Part shown: positions 10,109 through 21,668 of the stretch, piece by piece
Layout: each line of letters opens with the position of its first letter
How positions within the stretch are numbered: the stretch's first letter is position 1
Assembly: GCF_004010195.1 (NCBI RefSeq)
Contig: NW_025213842.1
Span: forward strand, 2,446 to 36,411
Source: Chiloscyllium plagiosum
Taxonomy: Eukaryota
Reading direction: 5' to 3'
DNA: 33,966 bases
The notes under the pieces: generated by a model
Database searches by the model: none
Told to the model about the DNA's origin: nothing
The model's input: only the letters and a program-made list of their open reading frames with translations
Program-made: the position numbers and the translations under genes

Positions 10109-11000
10109 CCTTATTATTTGTGGTATTCATAAATGATGCAGCTGTGAATAATGACGAAGAGTGGGGGTGTGTAATAAAAAAGTTTGTATTTGGGTGGTTG
10201 GCAATGTGGAGGAAGGCCTTATGTTGCAGGTAGATACTGATGGAATGGTCAGATGGGTGGATCAATGGCAGATGGAATGTAACCCTGATAACTATGGGGT
10301 GATGCACTTTGGAAGAATGAGCCAGTCAGGGGAGTACTCAATGAATAGCAGCACACTAGAAAGCTCAGAGCGTGCTTCTCCAGACATCGCTGAATGTGAC
10401 TGCACAGGTTAATACACTATCTGGGAACGGCTAGGGGAATGTAAACATAGTCTTTTTTAATCAAGGCATAGATTATAAGAACTATGCGGAACTTTGGTGA
10501 GGGCAAGATGGAATACTGTGTGTATGTCTGGGAACAACATTACAGGAAGGATGTGATTGTAGTGGAGCGGGTGCAGAGATGTTCCCGAGGATGGAGCATA
10601 TCAGCTATGGAGAGAGGCTGGATAACCTCAGGTTGTTTAGTTTGGAGGAGAGAAGGCTGCGAGGTCTGTTATTCAGAAGGATAGGATTACGAGGTACATG
10701 GACAGGTTGGATAGACAGCAGCTGTTGCTGTTACTCAAAGGGCCACACTTTAAAAGTGAAGGATTTGCGGTTTAGTGAAAATTTGAGAATTGTTTTTCAG
10801 CCAGAGGGTGTTGGGGTCTGGAATGCACGTCTTGAGAGTGGAGTTGTCATGCTAACCTCAAACCATTAGAAACGACACGGTTGTGCACTTCACATACTTT
10901 AAGATTCACGGCTAAGGACTTGTGTCGAAATGTGGGCCGAATGCAGACTGTACTGTATTTCTGGTAGTACAGAGTCTGTGCTTCTGTGATTTTATGGCTG
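10109..11000 (+). mobile_element. CR1 ORF2 3' part (RT to tail), decayed
   Basis: WVDQWQMECNPDNYGVMHFGR; RKDVIVVERVQR; SYGERLDNLRLFSLEERRLRG. Confidence 0.88.
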
Positions 11001-12092
11001 TGGAAGGTCAATCATTGAGTAGCTGGAGGTAGGAATTGGTGGTTTTCTGAAGATTATCTTAACAAAGTTGACAAGAGAGAACTTGTAATATTTTCTGGAA
11101 ATATGTCAATGGCAAACTTAAGAGAAAAAAGTTGCATATTTCTTACAGTCTGATACCAGATAATTGAGGAGCGGGAAATAGCAGAACTATGGAGGAAATA
11201 CTTTACTTATGCCTTCACCGAAGAAAACAAAACAAAAAAGAAAACTTCCGAGCAAAACTAGGGAACTTTAGTCTTGTGAGAAAAAGGGAATAGAATGCAA
11301 ATAGCAACTAAACAGTTTAGAGAAAGTATTGGACTCAAATTAATGGACATAGACAAAGTCAACAGAGATTTATGAAATGGGAGGACTCGGGCTAATATAT
11401 GGTAATAGATTTAGAATGGGAGAGCAGGTAGGAAACAGTGAGTAGGAATAAAACAATGTTTTATTTTTAAATGTAAGGCTTGGAGGATATTGTAAGAATC
11501 GTGTCTTGGGCTCCAGCTGTTCCCAATACACATCATATCTTTGGGTGAGGGGCGCAAATGCAATATTCCCAAGTCTGCTGACTTTATTTTTAAATGGAAG
11601 GCTTGGAGGATATTGTAAGGATCGTGTCTTGGGCTCCAACTATTCCCAATACACATCATATATTTGGGTGAGGGGTTAAATGCAATATTCCCAAGTCTGC
11701 TGACAGCACTAAACGATGTCAGCCTGTGAGTGGATGAGGAGGATGTAAAAAAGTTCCAAGGTGATTGAGACAAGTGGAGTGACTGGGCAAATACGTGGCA
11801 GGTGGAGAGTAATGGGGGATATGAGATGTTGTGTACTTTGATGAGAACAATGGACTGGCAGCCTCTCATTTGAAAAAGGAGTGGTTGAAAAATGTTGCAC
11901 TATAAATGAACTTAAGCTGCATTTTTGTTTATTTCTGCGTAGCACTCCGATTCCATGTGTGGCAGTGAGTTCTGAAGCCAGAAGTCAATACTGGGAATGG
12001 CATTGGCACGCTGACCATTGTATGTAGGCCCAGCACGTGGGGAACTGTAACTTTGAAAGGAATCTGGATCTCCCTGTACACCAATCACTGAA
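11000..12092 (+). mobile_element. Old CR1 ORF2 fragments containing a ~123-bp tandem duplication (11460-11582 / 11583-11704)
   Basis: Remnants SCLGLQLFPIHI, ISKSAD-like, LDKWSDWANTWQVE-like and RNLDLPVHQSLK; the duplicated block is directly visible. Confidence 0.7.
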
Positions 12093-12666
12093 ANNNNNNN
12101 NNNNNNNNNNNNNNNNNNNNNNNNNNNNNNNNNNNNNNNNNNNNNNNNNNNNNNNNNNNNNNNNNNNNNNNNNNNNNNNNNNNNNNNNNNNNNNNNNNNN
12201 NNNNNNNNNNNNNNNNNNNNNNNNNNNNNNNNNNNNNNNNNNNNNNNNNNNNNNNNNNNNNNNNNNNNNNNNNNNNNNNNNNNNNNNNNNNNNNNNNNNN
12301 NNNNNNNNNNNNNNNNNNNNNNNNNNNNNNNNNNNNNNNNNNNNNNNNNNNNNNNNNNNNNNNNNNNNNNAGAGAGCAGGAGTATGGTGTGAAGATAGAA
12401 AATCAGCTATTATTCCAGCTTGTTCTCCAATAACTGTGTTCCTGTGCAACACTGTGTTGTACAAAATCGTGCAACATTAATAATGGGGTCTATGGAAAAA
12501 AGAGGGTAAGTGGCGAATCCCCAAAAATATCAGTAAAAACCAAAAATTAAATTTTATCTAACACACAATAGGACAGTCTAAATAAATCTTTAAATTACAT
12601 GTTGTAATGGAACAGTGCTGTAAATGTAACACTTGCACACTACAGTCACTCACTGGTGCACCGTAC

Positions 12667-12758
12667 CTTTCACCACAATCTTCACCAGAAAGCGCGCGGG
12701 GGCTGACTGACCATGTGATGCCGATGGAGAATTCCAGTTCTCTCCAAGATTCTCCCCA
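12667..12758 (-). CDS. Candidate exon (92 nt, phase 2-1): (S)GENLGENWNSPSASHGQSAPARFLVKIVVK; alternatively a non-coding first exon
   Basis: Acceptor ctttatttcaaacag|T and donor AAG|gtacgg (alternative CA|gtgagt nearby). Unique, locally CpG-containing sequence, phase-compatible with exons ending at 14781 and starting at 1229. Confidence 0.33.
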
Positions 12759-12788
12759 CTGTTTGAAATAAAGTTCTTTCGAAATATA

Positions 12789-12803
12789 GACTACAATTCC
12801 CAG
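12789..12803. promoter_or_regulatory. ZNF143/Staf-associated promoter motif GACTACAATTCCCAG
   Basis: Exact match to the ACTACAnnTCCCA vertebrate promoter motif, in unique sequence 30 bp upstream (minus orientation) of a candidate exon. Confidence 0.55.
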
Positions 12804-13389
12804 TTTCAGGCTCAGTTTCAAGGCCTGCAGAGCCGATTGCATTCCCGTTTTTGCTGAACACATTCATTGTACCTTTTGTCGACAGAGGGTTTCTGAGGCA
12901 TGATTTGCTGTTCAGCTGGTGCCCGCCAAGGAATCGCGTCTCATTGAACGCCAGTTCACTTTCTCGAAAAAGGTTCATTTATTGCATTGCAAGTCGAAAT
13001 GTATTTAATCAACACGCGTTATTGGTGAACTGCCTGTACATAGAATGGAGGCGCAAAACTGATGGGCTGAATGGACTACAGCAGTTCTCATTTTATGTTT
13101 CACAATGTTTTAACATATTAAGGGATATGTATATTGTATATTGGGGAAAACTGCGTTGAGGAGATGTTAGACCATTAACTAGAATAGGTAAAGCTCAATG
13201 AGTTGTATGGCGTATTCCTTTCCCGATGCTTCTGTCCAGTTTGTGGGAAAGCTCTGTAAATGTTGTCACAAGCTCTCAGCTGTAAGGAAGGAGGTCTCTG
13301 CAGGGTCGACAGGATTGTGTTTCCCGTTCCCTTTTCTGATAACGAGGCTGGTGCCGGCTGTTCTCTCCGGGTTTATCCTTTAAGACCTC

Positions 13390-13700
13390 GGAGCAGTTTG
13401 ATACAATTTAGTGCCTTGCTTGCCCGTTTCAGAGACCATTGAAGAGTGTATCACATGTCTGCGTGTCTGGAGTCACTTTTAGACCAGACAGGAAAGCACA
13501 GGGGATTCACTTCCTGAATGTACACTTGGGAAGGAGATCGACATCTATAATCAACATTGAATACGCGATCACTATTGCTGACACCAGGTATTAGATCTCG
13601 ATATATTATTAATTGTTTTTAACTTGCACCAGTTGCCAGAGAATTATCCTGGTCTGGATTAGCAATCCAATAACAATTCCACAACAGCACCATCTCCAAA
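13390..13700 (-). mobile_element. Decayed SINE of the same family as 4690-5030, reverse orientation
   Basis: tctggagtcac..tagaccagac is the reverse complement of the SINE body; ctggattagcaatcca near the head. Confidence 0.6.
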
Positions 13701-13739
13701 TGGGGTCCTATCAGAAACCACACTGACCGATTATTTCTG

Positions 13740-14570
13740 TGCTGTGTGACAGCTCTATCAAAAATAACCCCAACCAATTCGACTATCGTGATGGGACTGA
13801 GGGCGTGGTAATTGGTCCGCTTGTAATTATTCCCTTCTTAGGGGAAGGGACATAGTTGAGTAATTACACCCATTAGGAGAAAGTGAGGACTGCAGTTGCG
13901 AATTACCCACATTGCCAGGGAATTGTCAGAGATGGAGCTGGACTGAAACAGCTTCCTCAGGTACACGGCTTGTTGTGTAGGAAAAGTCCTCAGTCCTATT
14001 GCAGGAATGGTGTCAGGGCCAAATGCCTTTGTCGTATCTACAGTGTCCAGCTGTTGCTGCATGTCACGTGCAGTGAATTGAATTGGTTGAAGACGGGCAT
14101 CAGTGATTCTGAGGGTATCATAGTGAGGGTGAGGTGGGTAATCGACTCAACACTGCTGACTGAGGATAGTGCAGATACTGCATCTTTTACATGGATGCAC
14201 AGGGCTGTTCCATTATTTAGGATGGGGATATTTGTGGAATCCTCTCTTCCAATAAGTTGTTTAATGGTCCATCGACTTTTATGCATGGATTTGACAGGTC
14301 GCGAGAGCTTATATCTGATTTGTTAGTCTTGGGATCATCTCTCTCTCTGTATCAGATGTTAGTCCTGCTGTTTGTGGTGTAACCAGTCAAGTGCGGTAGC
14401 TTTCAAGGGTTGTCATAGGTGTAGGTGTGCGTGATTCCGACCCTACCATGTTCACCCACACTCGTCACTGACCCATGGATCGGCTTGATGGAAATGGTAG
14501 ATGGATGGACTATCCTGGGGGAAAAGTTACAGATTGTCATTGAAATCTACCGCATCAGATGATAACCCAG
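13740..14570 (-). mobile_element. L2/CR1-group LINE ORF2 fragment (subfamily distinct from the HER1-type CR1)
   Basis: KAFGPDTIPAIGLRTFPTQQAVYLRKLFQSS (consensus-like KAxGPDxIPxxVLK..LAKLFQ) and WTIKQLIGR..NIPILNNG. Confidence 0.75.
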
Positions 14571-14614
14571 TTTTAGCTGCAATATCTACAATTCAATTCT
14601 ACTGACTGCCCCCC

Positions 14615-14750
14615 AAGTTCACACCGACACCCATTCACCCATCAGCCCTGTACTCAGTGACCTACTCTGGCGTCTAATGCGGAAATACTTCCATTTCCAT
14701 ATTCTCATTCTGCTGGAAGTCTTTCCTTGGTGTCACGCCTCCAATTTCTT
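14615..14750 (+). mobile_element. L2 LINE 3' ORF fragment
   Basis: Reads HSPISPVLSDLLWRL..FHILIL, matching the L2 motif HITPVLxxLHWLP..FKIL. Confidence 0.65.
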
Positions 14751-14780
14751 ACATAAACAATATCCATTTAAGGTACTAAC

Positions 14781-14886
14781 CTGAATATTTTCCTTTCAGT
14801 AATGCCATCTTCTGTATTTGAAGTGAATGTGTTTCCTTCTGTTTTTCTCCCTGACCATGATTCAGAGCTCTGCAGTATCAGTGATG
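14781..14886 (-). CDS. Candidate exon abutting a gap: SLILQSSESWSGRKTEGNTFTSNTEDGITERKIF(S)
   Basis: Open frame ends at donor CAG|gttagt in phase 2. Unique sequence; the acceptor may be hidden in the N-gap. Confidence 0.3.
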
Positions 14887-15894
14887 NNNNNNNNNNNNNN
14901 NNNNNNNNNNNNNNNNNNNNNNNNNNNNNNNNNNNNNNNNNNNNNNNNNNNNNNNNNNNNNNNNNNNNNNNNNNNNNNNNNNNNNNNNNNNNNNNNNNNN
15001 NNNNNNNNNNNNNNNNNNNNNNNNNNNNNNNNNNNNNNNNNNNNNNNNNNNNNNNNNNNNNNNNNNNNNNNNNNNNNNNNNNNNNNNNNNNNNNNNNNNN
15101 NNNNNNNNNNNNNNNNNNNNNNNNNNNNNNNNNNNNNNNNNNNNNNNNNNNNNNNNNNNNNNNNNNNNNNNNNNNNNNNNNNNNNNNNNNNNNNNNNNNN
15201 NNNNNNNNNNNNNNNNNNNNNNNNNNNNNNNNNNNNNNNNNNNNNNNNNNNNNNNNNNNNNNNNNNNNNNNNNNNNNNNNNNNNNNNNNNNNNNNNNNNN
15301 NNNNNNNNNNNNNNNNNNNNNNNNNNNNNNNNNNNNNNNNNNNNNNNNNNNNNNNNNNNNNNNNNNNNNNNNNNNNNNNNNNNNNNNNNNNNNNNNNNNN
15401 NNNNNNNNNNNNNNNNNNNNNNNNNNNNNNNNNNNNNNNNNNNNNNNNNNNNNNNNNNNNNNNNNNNNNNNNNNNNNNNNNNNNNNNNNNNNNNNNNNNN
15501 NNNNNNNNNNNNNNNNNNNNNNNNNNNNNNNNNNNNNNNNNNNNNNNNNNNNNNNNNNNNNNNNNNNNNNNNNNNNNNNNNAAGATAACAAAGACACAAC
15601 CACACAAAGTTATACGGAGGCCAGGAGGGAGAATGTTGACCATGTGGTATTATATAGATCTGGCCACAGATACATTTTCACTGTCGTGATCATCACCCCC
15701 TTTAGATAACGGAATTCACGTGCTTGACTTCTTATTGGCACTTGTAAGGGTTTCATGCTGCCTTCGTATTGTAATATGGAGAAAAACAAATCACAGTATG
15801 ACATTTGGGGCTGAGTGTTGGTTACCTGTCATTTTTAATATTGTTTCAATTTTACAGTGCTTATCTTTAAACGCTTGTTCTTGAAGTTAGCATC

Positions 15895-16930
15895 GGATGG
15901 AGTGTAGGATGTTGAGGAGTGACATTATAGAAACTTATAAAATCATGAGAGGTATGGATAGGGTGAATAGCTAAGGTCTTTTCCAAAGGGTAGGGGAATC
16001 CAAACATAGAGGAATAGGTTTAAGGTGAAAGAGGGTAGATTTAAAAGGGCCTAAGGGGCAGCTTTTTTACACAGAGGGCGGTGTGGGTATGGAATGAGTT
16101 TCCAGAGGAAGAGTGGGAAATGCAAGGACAGCTACAACATTTAAAACTCATTTGGACAAACATATGAATGGAAAACATTTAGAGGCACATCGACCTCATG
16201 AAAACAGATAGGGCTAGTATAGTTTGGAAAACCTGGCAAGCATGGGCATTTAGAAAAGCTTCACGCAGAGTCAGGGTGGTTTTGTGAAAGGGAAATCATG
16301 CAAAGTCTTTCTGGAGATGCCTGAAAAAGTAACAACGGGCTTGATAAAGGGGATCTGGTGGACAAGAGGCTTTCCAGAGATTTTCCACGAGGTATTACGG
16401 AACCAAAGTTCTTACACAAAACAGAAGCTCCAGGACGTCGGATATAGTATTAACATGGGATGATGATTGTTTAACACAGAAATCGAAGAGTCAGGTTAAT
16501 GGATCTTTATGGTAAAGGTTTATCTGCTGGAGTACCACAAATATCAGTCTGCTGGCATCAGTTATTTGCAATCTATGCTGACAGCCTGAAGGAGAGAGTT
16601 GAGTGCAATATACATCCGAGTTTGAGGATGACATTGAGAATCAAAAGGCAGGCTGTTACTTAATGGAGAGGACTTCTAGAAAAGGAACAGTAAAGGCATT
16701 GGAGTCTTCTTGTGTATGAAACATAAAGTCAGCATGCTGATGGAGCAAGTAACTTGGTTGGTACATTAGGCAGTTTCCTGGGAAGAAAGGGTTGTGTTAT
16801 TGAGAATCTCTAAGATGGTGAGGCGATAATTCATTGGGGTTTAAATGAATGAGGAGTGATACTGCTGAAACATGAAAGACACAGAAGGGATTGGAGAAGG
16901 TAGATGTTGAGAAGTTTTTTCCATTCTTCA
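15895..16930 (+). mobile_element. CR1 fragments: a 3' end (~15895-16250) followed by an older decayed RT piece
   Basis: RMLRSDIIETYKIMRGMDRV and FFTQRAVWVWNEFP; then GFVKGKSC and AGVPQISV. Confidence 0.8.
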
Positions 16931-17129
16931 GCAAAGTGTAGATGGATGTTGGAGGGTGTCACCGTTTCCTTCTCTCGTCCCATTCCTCCACTGCTCACAT
17001 TAAATTTTAAATGTAACCAGGTTGGTGATATGGCCGATGATAAAGTTCTCAGACTGAGTCAGGTTCAGTGACAGGAACAAATCAGGCAGATTTCTTTAGT
17101 CAGCCACAAGTAACTACTAGAACTAACGG

Positions 17130-17484
17130 ATGCGCATGGTGGATCTGTGGTTAGCACTGATACCTCCCGTCACCAAGTAGCTGCGTTCAGTTCCAACCTC
17201 GGGCAACCCTCCATGTGGATTTTGAACATTCTCCCCATGCCTGTGTGGATTTCCTCCCAGTCTTCTAGTTTCCTCCCATCGTCCATAGATGTGCAGCTCA
17301 GAGCAGATTGGCCATGCTAAATTGCCCATAGTGCCCAGGGATGTGTAGGTTAGATAGGTTAGTCATGGGAAATGCAGGGTTACATGGATAGAGTAGGGGG
17401 GCAGGTCCGGGGGGGATACTGTTCCGAGGGTCAATGTGGACTTGATAGACGGAATGTCCTGCTTCCACACTGTAGAGATTCTAT
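17130..17484 (+). mobile_element. HE1-like V-SINE, near full length
   Basis: tRNA-like head tggtggatctgtggttagcactg..gttcagttcc; V-domain cattctcccc..gtttcctccca..gattggccatgctaaattgccc; CR1-type tail ccacactgtagagattctat. Confidence 0.9.
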
Positions 17485-19103
17485 AAAAACAACAAGAAGT
17501 TTAGACGATACAAACACCCAGTGGGTATCTATCTGATCACTCTCCTCTCAGTTTTGTATATTTCAATAAGATCGCCTCTCATTCCAAGAGTAACCTGTTA
17601 AAACCTTCATAATATAAGACCATCATTCCTGGAATACATGAAGTGAAACATTTCGGAACTGCTTCCAATTTAATTATATCCTCTCTCAGGTAAGGAGACA
17701 AAAATAATCTCACGCACAGATCAGGTTAATTTTTGTTTTCTCAATGGTGAGAGTACTTGGAACTCTCTTCCCCGCAGATCATTGGAGGCAGAGATATTGA
17801 ATATGTTTGAGGCACAGACAGAAGGCTCGTAAATAATAACGGAGTCAAGGAATTTTGGGAAATGGCAGGAATGTGCAGTGTTGGGGAAATGCCGACAGTG
17901 GTACAAAATCACACTGCTCCAGAACATCCAGGAATATAATGCAAAATGAAATGATAATATAAAAAAAATGTTAAGGGGAAATCCAAGATGGTGGCGATCT
18001 GGAAGGTCTGCTTTGTTGGGCTCTGCATCACAACACGGGCAAAGTGGTTCCCTCACCCACTCCATCCCAGCCATTTACTTAAAATGCTTAGTTTTTGAAA
18101 GTTTTGAGAGTTGGCAGTTGTAGTAGCCATAGTTTGTGTAGTTTTTAAGCTCTATGAGACTTTGTTTATTAATGATCATTAATTCGAGTTCTTCCTCTCT
18201 TGAGTTCAAATGTTGCTACAGTGTGTTTTGTGTAATGATGTGCTTAAATGGTCTACCTGGTGCATTAAGGTGAGCCATTGGCCAGAAAAGAGGAATAAGT
18301 TACTTTCTGGTCTTAAAAAGAGAGGGTGGATGTTGTCCTATTGCAGGAGATGCACCTTGATGACAAGGAACATTTGACATTACAGCAGGTCGGGCTTGAT
18401 CGGGTGTATTTCTCCTCTTTTAATATTACAAGGAGGGGAGAAGCCATAATGGATAAAAATAATCTTCCATTTAACCTACTCGATTGAAATTGACATTCAC
18501 GGGAGGCTCATAATACCCAAAACCTTGAACTATAGTAAAGAATATAGCATTTTGAATGTTTATTGACCACCCCACTCCCCCCCCTCCCCCTTGAACTATC
18601 GTAAAGAATATAGTATTTTGAATGTTTATTGACACCCGCCCCCTCCCCCCCCACTCCAGCGTACCCTCTTAAATTCCTGGTAGATGCATTTTCCAAATTC
18701 AGTTCTCTTGCATCTTGGCACATTATTGTAGAAGTTTTCAAAAGTCTTATGGACCCCCACGGTGGACAGAATGTCTAAAGGTGCCCCAATACCCTCCTTA
18801 TAATGTACGCAATTAGTGGATATGTGTGCAGAACGAAAGCTGGTGGATGTCTGGAGGCAGATCCATATCACAAGTAGGGATTTTATTTTTTTCTTTCACC
18901 GGCATAAATGGCACACGAAGGTTGATATCTTCCCCATTCCTGCAACAATCTTACATTCGGTGGCATCCTGCACAATTGGGAATATTACCATTTCTGACCA
19001 TGAAGCAGTATACTTATTGATTAAGATTAAGGGCAATATAATAGATTCGAGACACTAGTGAATGTATCCTTTTATTCTTAAGACTAGTTGGTTAATTGAG
19101 TAG

Positions 19104-19361
19104 TTAGATTAGATTACTTACAGTGTAGAAACAGGCCCTTCGGCCCAAAAATTCCACACCAACCCAGGCCCTGATATTTACCCCTTCACCGAACACTACA
19201 GGCGGTTTTCCTAACCTGCACATTTTTAGACTGTGGGAGGAAACCCACGCAGACACAGGGAGAATGTGTAAACTCCACACAGTCACCTGAGGCAGGAATT
19301 GAACCCAGGTCTACTAGCGCTGTGAGGCAGCAGGGCTAACCATTGTGCCACTGTGCTGCCC
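19104..19361 (-). mobile_element. HE1-like SINE nested in L1 ORF2
   Basis: ttagattagattacttacagtgtagaaacaggcccttcggccc tail; ggaattgaaccc (reverse B-box); gctaaccattgtgccactgtgctgccc head. Confidence 0.92.
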
Positions 19362-21336
19362 ACTGCAAGCAATCGCGATCTTTCTTAGCCATTAATTCAG
19401 ATTCAACCAGTAACTCATCCACTCTATGGGAAATTGCTGAGGCTTATGCCAAGGGAATAATTATTCCTTATGATGTAGCAGAAGGGAGAGCAGGAATGCT
19501 GGTTTGAGGCAAAGCTGAGGGCAGCCGAGAGTGCACACTGTGATTGTCCCTCAGTGGCTGAGCTGCAGAGGATTACAATGCTTCGGTCCACAATGAATTC
19601 CACGCACACACAGACAGCCAAGAAGGAACTTACTTTTGCAAAACAAAGGCTGTTTGAACATGGTGATAAGCCAGGAGGTATTTAGTCTATCTTGCAGAAA
19701 AACGATTGCCACTCTTAAGCCATTACCTCAATTAGCGAATGTATTGGGAACCTTACCTTCAATTCCAAAAAGATTAATGTCTCCTGTCCGAGTCTTTTCA
19801 CCGAATTATTTCAGCCTGAACATTGTTAGGATATATGGATTAAGATGGAGTCATCTTTCAAGAACCTGGGTCTTCCAGGAGTAATCCCTGAATAAGTGTT
19901 GTGGCTGAATGCACCATTGTCAGTGCAGGAGGTTGTGAAGCAGCTTCAGAATGTAAAGGTGCAGGTTCCTGACGGATTTCCTAGTGAATTTTATAATTAA
20001 TTTATAAACCTATTGTCAGGGCTGATGTTTAACGTGTTCCGTCACTCATACAGTCACAAATCCCTCCCTCCATCCTTAAGAGAGGCTCATATCTCTCTGA
20101 TGCAGAAGAAAGGAAGACCCTGGAGGATTGTGCTTCTTACAAGCCAATCTCACTTTTAAATGTTGGTCTCAAAATCCTGTCTGAAATCCGTGCATTCAGG
20201 TCGAAACTTTGCTGCCTTCCGTTACCAAAGAGGACCAAACAGGCTTTATAAAGGGCCTCAGATCTTCAGACATTGTGAAGAATTTACTCAATATGATCCA
20301 AGAGTGTCAACAACAATCTGTCCAGGGATTATTGATCCCTTTAGATGAGAGAAGGCATTTGATTGGGTTCAGTGGTCGGATCTCTTCTGTACATTAGAAT
20401 GGTTTGGTCTCTGCAAAGTTTTTATCAAGTGGGTGAGGGTCCTTTACCGCGATCCTCTGGCTGTGGTTCTCACTAATGGTGTGCCAACCAGTAATATTAA
20501 AATTTCTCCAGGCAGTCGACAAGGCTGACACCTTTCGCAATTCTTGTTTACATTGGGGATTGAGCCACTTGCGGAGGCCATCCGTAGGGATGCCAACATA
20601 TCTGCCCCAAAGGTGGGATCGAAGTCTCAAAAGATTACATAGTATGCAGATTAGGGTCTTATGTTTTTTGTCAAATCCCGCAATTTCGGTAGTTCATGTG
20701 ATGCAATACATTGATTCACTTGTTGCCTTTCCGGGCGATAAGATTAATTTTACAAAGTTGGAGGCCATGCCTACGGGAGGTCTTAGGGAAATACCTGATA
20801 CTGAGGGCAAATCCTGGTTTCCTTTTAAATGGTGACGGGGGTGGTTTCCCTATTTCAGTATATTCATTACATCTGTCTTTGATCATGTATTTAACGTGAA
20901 CTATGTCCATTTGTTTGACAAAATTAAACAAGACCTTCAAAGATGGGAGGAATTTCCAATATCCTGGCTCGGTCAGATAGCTGTTATTAAAATGAATGTC
21001 CTTCCTCATTTCCTACACCCAGTTCAAATGCTTTCTATGATGTTTCCCAGACAGATATTTCGGAAACATAATGGCTGNNNNNNNNNNNNNNNNNNNNNNN
21101 NNNNNNNNNNNNNNNNNNNNNNNNNNNNNNNNNNNNNNNNNNGATAAAATGACAACATTTATGGAATATTGTCGTAAAGTAGTGATTATCAATACTGTTA
21201 AAACTTGAAGGACAATGCGTCAGATCGAGGCAATACAGCCAAAACCATGTTTTTACCCCTATAATTGGTATACCGGGGATAATGGATTCCAGGTTTAAAC
21301 TGTGGGCAGCGAGGGGGGATACCATGTTTGGGTGAT

Positions 21337-21668
21337 TTAGAATTAGTAATATCCCTACAGTGTGGAAACAGGTCCTTGGGCCCAGCAAGTCCACTTCGAT
21401 CCTCTGAAGAGTAACCCACCCACATCCATTCCCCTACCATCCTATATTTATCCTGACTGATGTCTGAACTTACAGATCCTGGAACGCTATGAGCGATTTA
21501 GCAATGGCCAAGTCATCTAACATACACATGTTTGTGACTGTGGGAGGAAACCTACGCAGTCACAGTTGAGAATATACTAACTCGGCACAGCCAGTCACCC
21601 AAGGCTGGAACCAAACCTGTGACCCTGGTGCGGTGAGTAAGCAGTGCAAACCACTGAGCCACCACGTG
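21337..21668 (-). mobile_element. HE1-like SINE nested in L1 ORF2
   Basis: ccctacagtgtggaaacagg tail, tgtgggaggaaacc V-domain, accactgagccacc head; L1 sequence resumes on both sides. Confidence 0.88.

Noticed and set aside
15610..15804. Additional minus-strand exon candidates here and near 26400-26450 and 4540-4570
   Set aside because: Splice signals are weak, there is no recognisable homology, and they do not chain convincingly with the other exons.
17130..17200. tRNA gene
   Set aside because: The A/B boxes belong to a SINE head that continues into a V-domain and LINE tail; no cloverleaf is evident.
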